Shown here piece by piece: positions 52,101 to 64,000 of a DNA stretch of 64,000 nucleotides. Each line of letters opens with the position of its first letter. Position 1 is the stretch's first letter. The notes below the pieces were generated by a model. That model was not told the DNA's origin. It saw only the letters and a list, made by a program, of their open reading frames with translations, and made no database searches. Source of the DNA: Octopus vulgaris (taxonomy: Eukaryota); the NCBI GenBank assembly GCA_951406725.2, contig OX597822.1, positions 95,728,001 to 95,792,000 on the forward strand, read 5' to 3'. The translations under genes and the position numbers were made by a program.

Positions 52101-52160
52101 TATGTCTATGTATGTATATGTATATGAGCATATTTAAATATATATATATATATACCTATA

Positions 52161-52209
<49 letters not shown>

Positions 52210-52212
<3 letters not shown>

Positions 52213-52527
52213 TGGCTCAGTGGTTAGAGCGACGAGGTTGTGAGCTCGAATCCCGGACCGGGCTGCGTGTTGTGTTCTCGAGCAAGGCACTTTATTTCAC
52301 GTTGCTCCAGTTCACTCAGCTGTAGAAATGAGTTGCGACGTCACTGGTGCCAAGCTGTATCGACCTTTGTCTTTCCCTTGGATAACACTGGTGGCGTGGA
52401 GAGGGGAGGCTGGTATGCATGGGCGACTGCTGGCCTTCCATAAACAACCTTGCCCGGACTTGTGTCTAGGAGGGTAACTTTCTAGGTGCAATCCCATGGT
52501 CATTCATGACCGAAGGGGGTCTTTAAC

Positions 52528-52531
<4 letters not shown>
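52210..52531 (+). mobile_element. CORE-type SINE family D inside (TA)n
   Basis: Matches 15347-15680; (TA)n on both sides. Confidence 0.9.
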
Positions 52532-52577
<46 letters not shown>

Positions 52578-52628
52578 ATGTATATGTGTGTATATGTATA
52601 TATATGTATATGTATCTATATGTATCTA

Positions 52629-52679
<51 letters not shown>

Positions 52680-52687
<8 letters not shown>

Positions 52688-53690
52688 ATATTTCGGAATG
52701 GTCATATTGCCAGTTTAGCCAATAAAAACACACGCACTATATATTTGGTGTTATTTTGCTTCAGTGATATTTATTTTTTACATTAATCTTAATCTTATTT
52801 CGGCCAAAGTTCTTTCGTCACACTCCTGTGACCGCATCATCGATTATAAAAGCTCATCGATTCTGTACCAACACGCCGAACAAGAACACGGGGGATCAAT
52901 CAATAACATAGAGATTAAGATATTGTCCACACATAGAACAGATGCAACAATTAGACAAATTACAGAAGCTACACATATAATAGAAAATAAACCTAGCCTG
53001 AATAGAAAACTAGAATGGAGCAATAGCGCACACCACAACATATGACAATAGTGGATCCTGCAAACATAATAAATACACAGGTAATTAAAGAAATAGAAAT
53101 GAATATCTATATGTGTATATATGTGTGTATATATGTATATATATGTATATGTATATGTATATGTATGTATATATATATATGTATATGTATATTCTTTTTT
53201 TTTTTTTTTTTCGATTAGATTTATTATTATTATTACTAATATTGTTGTTATACATACATACAAGCATATGTAATGATAATAATGGGAGGATGTAAACACA
53301 TGAACAAAATTAGAACAAAAGCAACAACAACAAAAACAAAATACAAATTACAAGAATGTATATAACCAGAAGATACAAATATTACAGGCATCCCCCCCAC
53401 ACACACTAAATAAACATAGACGCACATAGAGATATAAGCATGCGCAAATGAAGACATACAATAGAAATACAAAATGGCTGACGGTTAGTAAGGAGAGACA
53501 CAAGTAAGTGAGAAGAAAACAAAGGACCACTGATGCGGTCACAGGAGTGTGACGAAAGAACTTTGGCCGAAATAAGATTAAGATTAATGTAAAAAATAAA
53601 TATCACTGAAGCAAAATAACACCAAATATATAGTGCGTGTGTTTTTATTGGCTAAACTGGCAATATGACCATTCCGAAATATAACAATAT
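52680..53690 (+). mobile_element. Penelope-like element 3' fragment with inverted 5' copy of its terminus
   Basis: Perfect ~160-bp inverted repeat (52680-52839 / 53531-53690); 52840-53045 encodes SILYQHAEQEHGG..IKILSTHRTDATIRQITEATHIIENKPSLNRKLEW (PLE GIY-YIG C-terminus-like); hammerhead-like motif 53524-53568. Confidence 0.8.
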
Positions 53691-53744
53691 CTGTTTCAAC
53701 ACACGACTTCACATAAAAAATCTTGCACAACAAATATTTAAACG

Positions 53745-53783
<39 letters not shown>

Positions 53784-53935
53784 TTGTTTATTTATTTATT
53801 TATAGATGTGCGTGCGCATGTACATAAATTATACTACCAATAAACAACTATGAGGTGTTTCAATAACAGTAGGCATAATACTAAACATCTATCCAGTCCC
53901 TACATGTTGATATATTTAGATGAATCCTGCAACTG

Positions 53936-53999
<64 letters not shown>

Positions 54000-54038
54000 G
54001 TCAAGCTATATACCCACATACCTATCTATCTATCAATT

Positions 54039-54093
<55 letters not shown>

Positions 54094-55169
54094 ATTTCTA
54101 TCTGCCCACATATTTCTGGTCATGAAGTAAACACAATTTTCACTTTGCTCTATATGCCTTACTTTTATTTTGTGCTTGGTGTATCTATACTTGTGGTGTA
54201 TTTTTATGTGTATGGACCTGTGTTTGTGGGCGTATGAGCGAGTGTGTGTGTTTGTGTGTGTGTATTGTGTTTGTGCGTGCACATATGTATGTTTAAAAAT
54301 ATAAATTAAAACGTACTGCGTACTTCCATCTTTATGAACGTGAAGCGAATTGGAAAGTTCGATATTATAAGAGTCGAGTTGGCTGAATGAAATTGCAGTG
54401 CATTTTCGTTCAAATATTTCATCTATTTTTTGTCTCAAGATAAAAGGTTGGTTTTATTTGAAGATAATATCTTTGAGATTAAGCTTGCATGTTTTCCGCA
54501 GAAGGCGCTAAAATAACGAAAGAAAAAAAATTGCTTAATGTTAGAAAACGAATCTACAGAGATAATGATAAATTATGAATCTGTAATATCAGCAATTCTA
54601 AGAATGTATACTGCTCAAATGTTTATAGAAATAAAAGGTGTGAGATATTCTTGTGGAAGTTGTCACTGCATCTGTGAAACAATATACTTAATTTTATTTG
54701 TATGCTATTTCGTTTTTGTATGACTCTCTCATATAACTCTGCTTTCATATATAGAGGAAAGAAAACATTTATATGGAGTTATTTTTGCTGCAGTTGTTAT
54801 CTGACTATAGTTATGCCATGATCAATTAGTTTTATAAATAAAAGAAACCCTTGTCTTTATCGCCTTATTTTCACACAAATGATAATTCGGAATATATTTT
54901 CTGAAATGTTATTTAATACAACAGCAGGTGATTTGTGGGGGAATTTGACTGCTATTTACAGCAGGTCGATGCTACATAAAACCTCTTTCCCTCATTTTAT
55001 CTTATCTGTAGCTATCCTATTTTTAAGTCCGGAACATTCTGAAATACTTAGATCTTGGTCTTGAATCGCGAGTAGAGAAGACCACAACAAGACATGTATT
55101 TATATGTAAATCAGTAGTTTAGCAATTAAAATCGTTATTGCTTCACTCTCCCGGTATTGTCCATAATGT

Positions 55170-55558
55170 GGAGGTGCAATGGCCCAGTGGTTAGGGCAGC
55201 GGACTCGCAGTCATAGGATCGCGGTTTCGATTCCCAGACCGTGCGTTGTGAGTGTTTATTGAGCGAAAACACCTAAAAGCTCCAAGAGGCTCCGGCATGG
55301 GGATGGTGGTGATCCCTGCTGTACTCTTTCACCACAACTTTCTCTCAATCTTACTTCCTGTTTCTGTTGTACCTGTATTTCAAGGGGCCGGCCTTGTCAC
55401 TCTCTGTGTCACGCTGAATATCCCCGAGAACTACGTTAAGGGTACACGTGTCTGTGGAGTGCTCAGCCACTTACACGTTAATTTCACGAGCAGGCTGTTC
55501 CGTTGATTCGGATCAACCGGAACCCTCATCGTCGTAACCGACGGAGTGCTTCCATGTC
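55170..55558 (+). mobile_element. SINE family A, full length
   Basis: 15-bp TSD tattgtccataatgt (55155-55169 / 55559-55573). Confidence 0.95.
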
Positions 55559-56030
55559 TATTGTCCATAATGTATGATATAAAGAGAGGTTCGCGGTACA
55601 CACTGGATAGATTAACTGACATGACTATCAACCAATGTTCGCACTTCGACACAGTTTCAACTTTTCTTTAACGGACAAACAAACTTTTCTTTAACGGGCA
55701 AAGAAATTTTTCTTTAACGGACTTTGAAAAGAGAAAGGTAGGAATATCCTCAGTTAGAGAAAATCAAGCTCTTTATCATAAAGAAATGGAGAACACTCGT
55801 TTGCTAAGACAAATGTTGTAATCACAGATAACTAGAGGTACGAGAAATCAAGGTAGGCATTGATTGGGGAAAATAAGAATGAAAATATGCATCGGAAGGT
55901 GAGGATAAGCCACAGCGGGACCCAGTGATTCAGGACAGGATCCTGTGGAAAAGAGCATGTCTTTTGTCAATGCTACACGTGATGCTACACGTGATGCATG
56001 CCTTTTGTTAATGCTACACGTGATGCATAT

Positions 56031-56100
<70 letters not shown>

Positions 56101-56242
56101 ACACTATACTGAGATGAGAGAGGAATTCGCTCTTATTTCTGAATTTGTATGCATCTATTTGTCGGCGTGCACTTGCGTGTGTGAGAGGTAATCTGTGTGA
56201 ATGTGTGTATGTGTATGTGTGTTTATTGTGTGCTTATGAATT

Positions 56243-56281
<39 letters not shown>

Positions 56282-56758
56282 GGTCCGATTGATCGGGTTG
56301 GTGATTTAGCAGGTCTTACAGCTATTTCATCATAGTATTCATTCTACTCCATCTGTCATTCGAACCCTGTCAAGTTGAAATCCCTGGAGGGTCATAGGGC
56401 CAACACAGCCACAAAATATATTCAAGAATCTCATCCACCAAGACAATTAAACATACATGCACACACACAACACACACACATAGATGCATATACATACATA
56501 CGGACACACACACACACACACACGCACATACGCACAAACATACACATGCAGATATTAACACACACACACGGATACGCATACACACACATATACCTCGCAC
56601 TACACATATATATATATACCATGCTATAATTAATATCGTAAAAATGTGATGAAGCAGGAGCGGTAGATTCAGATGTACAAGATAAGATTTACTGATCCCA
56701 ACGTATCATAAAATAACGTTGATTAAATCCGAGAATAACATGGTTGACAACCCGAATT

Positions 56759-56789
<31 letters not shown>

Positions 56790-56791
<2 letters not shown>

Positions 56792-58140
56792 CAATACAAG
56801 GATAATGGAGAATGCATTCATAGAATAATTAATATATTTATTATAATAGTGAAATCATGTCACTTACACGTGTTTCAGTTAGTTGCTTAGATTCATATTA
56901 ATGCAATTGAATCGCATTATGAATTTGAAAAAGCAAAAAACCTTCGTCAGGGCTATAATAGACTGTTCAGATGGTAAAATTATGGCTGCTATTTCTTCAT
57001 GCATCCTCATGGATGGAGGGTTCATCTGAAATTGAACTTTAGCAAGTGGTCTTGGATACTGCTCGAAAAATAGCTAGAGGATGAATTTTCAATCCCACTA
57101 GACAGGGCATAATCATAGTTAAGAGGAACTAGGTCATAATACTACTAAACCTTTTAGAGGTGCAATACTTTACTGCTAAGTACGTTTGTAAGCAAATTCT
57201 TCATTAACTATACAGGTTTGTATTTTGCTTTTACCATTTATACTATCAATCGTGCTTACAATGTATATTCATTTATATGTTCTTAGTTATTGGTAAGAAA
57301 AATAGATCTATGTATGTACTCATTTGATATCTTTCATCTATTTTTTTTTATTTATACTTATTGTAAGAAGTTTATTAGTTGTTGTAATACATTTTATTCT
57401 TTAGATTTATTATTAGATAGTGGTGGTTCCTGTTTTTTTCTATTTATCTAATAGTATAGAAGTGGGATTCTAAAGTATCATATACACAATTGACATTTGT
57501 ATTATCACATTTAAACACAAAGAAAAAATATTTTTGAACTTTAAGAGCTTATGTGGTATTATACTATTCATATAGTGTTTATTTTAATTCAATTTATTTA
57601 AATTCGATAAATTTATATTTTTAATTTTTGTGGGGAGACAAAATTTCCCTTTCCACTCTTATTATTAGTATAATATATTTAGATATATTAGTTGATATTT
57701 TGTGCTCTTACATTATTCGTCTGTTTAATTAATCGTGCATAAGTACTATTCTTAGGTATAAAGTACTATCCCTACATATTATATTGACTAAGCTTAATTT
57801 TTAACTAGAACAATTTTAATTCAACGGAGGTATATTTAACTTTATAGAATTACTCCTATGTATAATGTATAATTGTATTATTAATAAAGAGTTTCAATTT
57901 GATTATATTCATTGGAATCTATTTAACTTTTTTTAATGTATTTTTAACTCTATGTATACAGTGTGAGCTCCTTTCTCTCCTGTTATAAATGATGGTATTT
58001 ATAACAGTAGCAGCGGCCGTAAATGAGAAAACGATTTAAGCATAAATATTGATAAGGTAGGCATTAATATGAATATATGCAACAAACTGAAACACATGTA
58101 TGCAACATGATTTCACTATTATAATAAATTTTTGATTATT
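56790..58140 (-). mobile_element. Penelope-like 3' fragment with inverted terminal copy
   Basis: Minus CTGACGA..GAAAcacgtgTA motif (56950-56865); 58075-58140 is an inverted copy of 56820-56890; (TA)n at 56762-56790; interior only weakly GIY-YIG-like. Confidence 0.55.
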
Positions 58141-58366
58141 CTATGGAGGCGTTCTCCATTGTCCTTTTATTGTTATAAATTTTTCTCCTATATCCAAAAG
58201 ATGGCGACAATTGAAATTTCGAAAAGCGTAAGGCACTAATACCGAAGGAGAACCAACGATAAACACATAAACTCATGTGTAATTTCCAGTATCGTTTATT
58301 GATATAGAGCGAATCCGTTGTACCCCTGTCTAAATATCCATAGGACAAACAACCTCTTTCCATACT

Positions 58367-58413
<47 letters not shown>

Positions 58414-58414
58414 T

Positions 58415-58457
<43 letters not shown>

Positions 58458-58666
58458 GTATGTGTGTGTGATAGTGTGGAACAAGGTTTTTTGTACTAGG
58501 GATATTTATCCAGGCGTACAATGGATTCGCCCTATATCAATTAACGATACATATATAAACATATACAAGACGGGCTTCTTTCAGAATCTGTATTCTAGGG
58601 ACCAGGCTTCGACTGGCCCGAGGGTATGGTAGAATTCGCTTACGCAAGCTGCCACGGCTGCATATG

Positions 58667-58702
<36 letters not shown>

Positions 58703-59142
58703 GGTAAACAGTAAAAATAATTACAGACATGGACAAGAACATGAAACGCCACAGAGACGACACAAGAACCACAGGACGGGACATTCGAAGCCCTCAGTCA
58801 TCAGTCAAGAACCAGATCATCTTAGCAATTTCGGCTGATTAATCTTGAGATTGCTCCGATATGGGCAGCCCGCCACGGGAAATCTAAGCCAAGTGCATTA
58901 GATCCCCTGGAAGAAAGCTTCGAATGTATACAACACGAGGACGGAAAACGAACGAAGTACACGAACAAAAATACAGAATACGTGACAACAATAAGAATAC
59001 AAAAACGTAAAAACAATAACGGTAAAAATAAAGTATAAAAAATAAACAACAAAACAAAACCAGGACGTAGGACAAGGGTCTTTCGACAGGACGAATTGAG
59101 CATGGGGCTGGCTTATGAAGTTGTGCCTAATGGCCACAGGGA

Positions 59143-59232
<90 letters not shown>

Positions 59233-59332
59233 TATATACATATATACATCTATATATATGTATGTATTTATAGATATATATTATATATTATTTATTATTT
59301 AAATGAACGCGGCGCATCCATGTCCTAGTAAG

Positions 59333-59385
<53 letters not shown>

Positions 59386-59729
59386 GAAACTTCAAAGTGA
59401 CTGTCAACCATATCCTTGTAAAAATAGTATATATAACTATATGTATTTGTAATTTGTATACACACTCATACACCGAACGCAAACAAATACAAACACATAC
59501 ACTCACATACACTCACACGCTCGCACATTCGGACACACATACATGCATTTATATAGAGAGATCACATTTTTATGTACAAGAAAATCGTCGATGGTGACTT
59601 CGAAATTGCAACTATGAAACTTTCATTTGACATTTCGATGTATGTATGTATGTATGTATGTATGTATGTGCGTACGTACGTATGTATGTACTTACGTACG
59701 TACTTATGTATGTATGTATGTATCTTTAT

Positions 59730-60055
59730 CTTTTATCTTTCACTTGCTCCAGTCAATAGATTGCAGCCATACTGGAGCACCACCCTAAGGAATTTTTAGT
59801 GAATCAAACCTAGTAATTATTTTTTTAAAAACCGCTAGGTTACAGGTATGTAAATACACCAACATTGGTTACCAAGCGGACAGAGATACACACACGTAGA
59901 TATATATTTATACATATATGACGGGCTTCTTTCACTTTCCATCAACAAGAATTCACTCACAAGGCTTTGATCGGCCCGAGACTATATTAGAAGACACGCA
60001 AGGTGGCACGCAGTGGAACTGAACCTGGAACATGTACTGGGAAGCAATTCACCTA
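59730..60055 (-). mobile_element. SINE family B, old copy
   Basis: gacgggcttctttca..cactcacaaggctttg..gcacgcagtgg.actgaacc on the plus strand. Confidence 0.75.
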
Positions 60056-61968
60056 TGTATGTATGTATGTATGTATGTATGTATGTATGTATGTATGTAT
60101 GTATGCATGCATGCATGGATAGATGGATAGATCTTATTCATTTTTTAATCTCTGTCCCATATTAGACAGTTCTAGTACCCTATTAGTTTTTTTCTGTAAA
60201 TAGCCTGTTATCTTCTCACTCAACCACTATATGTATTTCCGGAGAGAGAGAGAGACGCCTTGAATAGTATTCCACCACCCCTTTGTTAGTGCAAAATGTA
60301 TGATCCTGAGAGTAAATGTACCTACCCGCCACCATACCCCCATCAATATATCTTTAATAAGCTTATATTTAATCTTGCTATGCAAATATACTACGTGATC
60401 GAGATACAGCGCTCTCAGCAATTAAGACATGACATAGAATCGACTCAGGTTTTAGCTTTCGTTAAAATTCCTTTCCAGATTCGAATCCATTACTTACTTC
60501 TAACTGTTGAGAGAATGTTGTATTAATTAAAATACAACCATTATTGAAAGAAAGGTATCGATGTTATCAAATTGAATGTACATTTAACATATTATGTTGC
60601 ACCGCAATTACTTGAAACTATTGAAATATAACAGCAACATCTATTGAAATATGAGTAATGTATAAAGGTGTGTAAAAGGATAAAAATTTACACTGAAATA
60701 TGAATGTCGTATATGTACAGTTGACAACTCCCACAGCTGTTCATTGACAAATAATAAAATACGGTAGGAGTCAACAGTAAATAATTATTGTAATATAACT
60801 GTGACATATAATATTAAACAAATATCAAAATTCGTTTTAATAGAAGACACAGGAAGCGTATACACAGGAAGCGTATACACAGGAAGCGTATTGAAATTGC
60901 GAGAGTTACATGCAGTGAAATATATAACGTTATCATAATTTCGCCGGTAACGGTAAAATTAGAGATTGTAACTTAATAAATAGAGGTCATAGAAGCAATC
61001 GGAACTTGGAAAATTCTAACAGTAACTTGTCCTTAAATTAAACGTATTATAAGGGGCAGTAATTGATTCTCATGCAATCAGGTGGACATTTGGTATGAGA
61101 AATTGGAAAGCCACTTCATTCTCTATTGTAAGTTGTTAATACAATACTTTCCAAGTGTCGTTCGTAGTGACGAAAGTACGTAAGAGCTAATAAACTTTTG
61201 ATCGGATTGTGATGATACTAGTGAGCGTAACAGCATGGTGGTGACTGATCTTCGTTGATCGAGACAAGGATTCACCTGCTCCTGAATTATAGTGTAAGTG
61301 GCTGATCATTCCAAAGTCATATGTACCGGTAATCCAGTACTCAGGCAGAATTAGCATAATATTTCGTGATACAGTGTTGTAATAAGACAGTAATTTTGCG
61401 GAAACCTCTTCGTGAATACTCGTCAGGCTAAAAGTAGCAGTCAAAATATTCAACTTCTTGTGTTGGATAATGTAAATCTGAAAAGAAACTGGATTGCCTT
61501 GATCATAGCTGCATTGGTTTAGACACTGAAAATTACATTTTCCCCGTAAATTTATATAAACATTTGATGCAGAAACAAAATCTTATCGATATTAATGGTG
61601 TGTACTTAAATTGTTTGTACGTTATAATTTCTATTTGTAAAATATTATTACGCTTGTTTAACATTTGCTCTAGAAATAGTCTGTTCTACTCTAGATGCAG
61701 TACCACAGCAGAGTTAAAATGTACTACTAGTCTCCCATATTGACCTTAAATATTTCTCGATTACATTTCAGAGAAACATACTGCATCTTTCGTGATGTTT
61801 TCATTTCACGTATAAAGCGCTACTTACGAAATCATGCAATTAACATATCGAGATGTGAGTTGCCAGCTGCAATAACCATAATGAAATCCCACACCTTGGC
61901 GTTGAGTATTCTTAGGAAATTCTCGTACACATCACTACACACACACACACACACACGCGCGCGCGCAC

Positions 61969-62049
<81 letters not shown>

Positions 62050-62266
62050 TGATGTTCCAAAAACTTAACAGAAACACAGTAAACGGAAAATCCACATATA
62101 AGGTGTAGCTAATTCCACGTCAGTCAACGTCTTTAACGATGATATTGTTCTCTATTTGTGGTGCCAGCAGCAAGAAGCCACTGGGAAAAGCTAATGAACG
62201 TACAAGGTACTGACTAAACACGACAAAAAGTGGTTATCCGAACAAAATAAAATAATCATATATATA

Positions 62267-62670
62267 GGCGCAGGAGTGGCTGTGTGGTAAGTAGCTTGTT
62301 TACCAACCACATGGTTCCGGGTTCAGTCCCACTGCGTGGCATCTTGGGCAAGTGTCTTCTACTATAGCCTCGGGCCGACCAATGCTTTGTGAGTGGATTT
62401 GGTAGACGGAAACTGAAGGAAGCCCGTCGTATATATGTATATATATATATGTATGTGTGTGTATATGTTTGTGTGTCTGTGTTTGTCCCCCTAGCATTGC
62501 TTGACAACCGATGCTGGTGTGTTTACGTCCCCGTCACTTAGCGGTTCGGCAAAAGAGACCGATAGAATCAGTACTGGGCTTACAAAGAATAAGTCCCGGA
62601 GTCGATTTGCTCGACTAAAGGCGGTGCTCCAGCATGGCCGCAGTCAAATGACTGAAACAAGTAAAAAATA
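62267..62670 (+). mobile_element. SINE family B, full length
   Basis: Near-identical to 3815-4214. Confidence 0.95.
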
Positions 62671-63164
62671 AAAAAAATTTTTAAAAATACAACAAAAACA
62701 ATAATAAAAAGGCAATTCGGCCGCAAGGCGAGCAAATATGGAGTAGCACAAAGGAAAATGTCCTGTAAGACTGGAAACGAGAAAGGAAAAGACAGAAATT
62801 CAGAATGAAAGGTGAAGAAAACAGACCGTGTAAAAAAAAAAAGAGAGAGAGAAAGAGCAGAGAAAAGCGTGACTGATTAAGTGAAAGGTGAGGCGAAAAG
62901 GGGATATGGACGAGAGAGAAGTGAGCGGTCACAGGTCACATGGTAGGGGAGGAGAGAAAACGAGTGGCAGAGTGAAAGAAACAACACAGAGTATAATGAT
63001 AGAGAAGGAAAAATAAAAGGAAGAAGGATAAAGAGAGACAAAGAAAGAGAAAAGAGACAGAAATAGACGTCGTACGAAAAAATATTCTACTGAAAATTCT
63101 ACAGAACGAGTAAAGAATATGAAAGTGCGTTGCGTCACACACACATACACACACATATACATAT

Positions 63165-63210
<46 letters not shown>

Positions 63211-63238
63211 TTTTAAATTAATAAATAAACACTTCGAT

Positions 63239-64000
63239 AAACTGAGATGTGTTTTCTCTTCGAACGCATCACCGGCGCAACAACAACAACAACAACCTCA
63301 ACAACAACAAACTCAGCGGCAACAACAACAACAACAGCTACAGCAACAACAACAACAGCTACAGCAACAACAACAACTTCAGCAGCAACAACCTCAGAGG
63401 CAACAACAACAACCTCAACAACAACAACAGGATGAACCACTCCTTGATTCATCTACAATGGCCGATTTGCTAAATGAAACGATTGACCCCCAGTCATCAG
63501 GGTCACACAGCAGGAAGCACCACCCCTTCCTTTCACTGCCCCAGCAGCTCAATCATCATCATTGTCAACACCATCTCCTCTGCTTACTACTACTAGTACT
63601 ACTCCCACTATATATCGACAAACATCTTTGTCTTGGAATCGACCTCCTCAATCATTACCACTGTCAACATCTCTTCTACCTACTACTACTACTACTACAG
63701 CTACTACTACTAATGCTATCTCAAGGAATTTACCTCCTACAGGTCACAAAGGTCGCCAAAACTTCAACAAACTATCATCTACACCTTTCACAGCTCACAC
63801 ACACACACGCACCTACAAACCCACTCGAAACCCCATCATTTGCCGATATTCTCTTCGCCATAGACTGTGCACTGATAGAGACTGCAAATTCACCCATTTA
63901 CCTGGAACAAAACGCTCTATCCCCACAAACTACAACAGCAACCACCATAATACAACATCACCACAACCACCAATATCTCAAACAAGGAATCCCCAAATCT
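63239..64000 (+). other. Open reading region running off the window end: poly-Q, S/T/P-rich, CCCH-like finger; probable LINE ORF1
   Basis: Frame 2 open 63239-64000 (poly-Q then DEPLLDSSTMADLLNE); frame 1 open 63487-64000 with CRYSLRHRLCTDRDCKFTH (C-x8-C-x4-C-x3-H) at 63841-63897. Confidence 0.45.

Noticed and set aside
58720-59140. Hammerhead-like strings ctgatga..cgaatg (minus) and ctggaaga..cgaatg (plus)
   Set aside because: GAAA core is broken and stems are weak; probably a PLE remnant but unsupported

Overview
Repeat-saturated, AT-rich eukaryotic DNA, most likely an octopus (inferred from the tRNA-derived SINE families and very dense TA/TATG/GATA/CA microsatellites). I found no supportable host protein-coding exon, and most ORF-track entries are microsatellite or SINE artefacts. 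The window contains about 35 SINE copies from several modular families (A, B, C, D, E and chimeras; labels are mine). It also holds decayed Tc1/mariner, hAT, Merlin-like, Helentron-like and Chapaev DNA transposons, and CR1, RTE, R4/Dong-like (RLE), L1/Tx1-ORF1 and Penelope-like retroelement fragments. Main observations: (1) two hammerhead ribozymes with intact cores (15026-15083, 15910-15971) and three degenerate ones, each in a short Penelope-like repeat unit (mostly fold-backs) next to (TA)n; (2) a 2.0-kb ORF1-only (HAL1-like) L1/Tx1 element inserted with a 14-bp TSD into a SINE head; (3) two loci sharing a CR1 tail joined directly to the 5' end of a CCHC-ORF1 element; (4) RLE-type LINE 3' ends flanked on both sides by (CATA)n; (5) TSD-supported head/core/tail shuffling among SINEs. 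All alignments and folds were done by eye.
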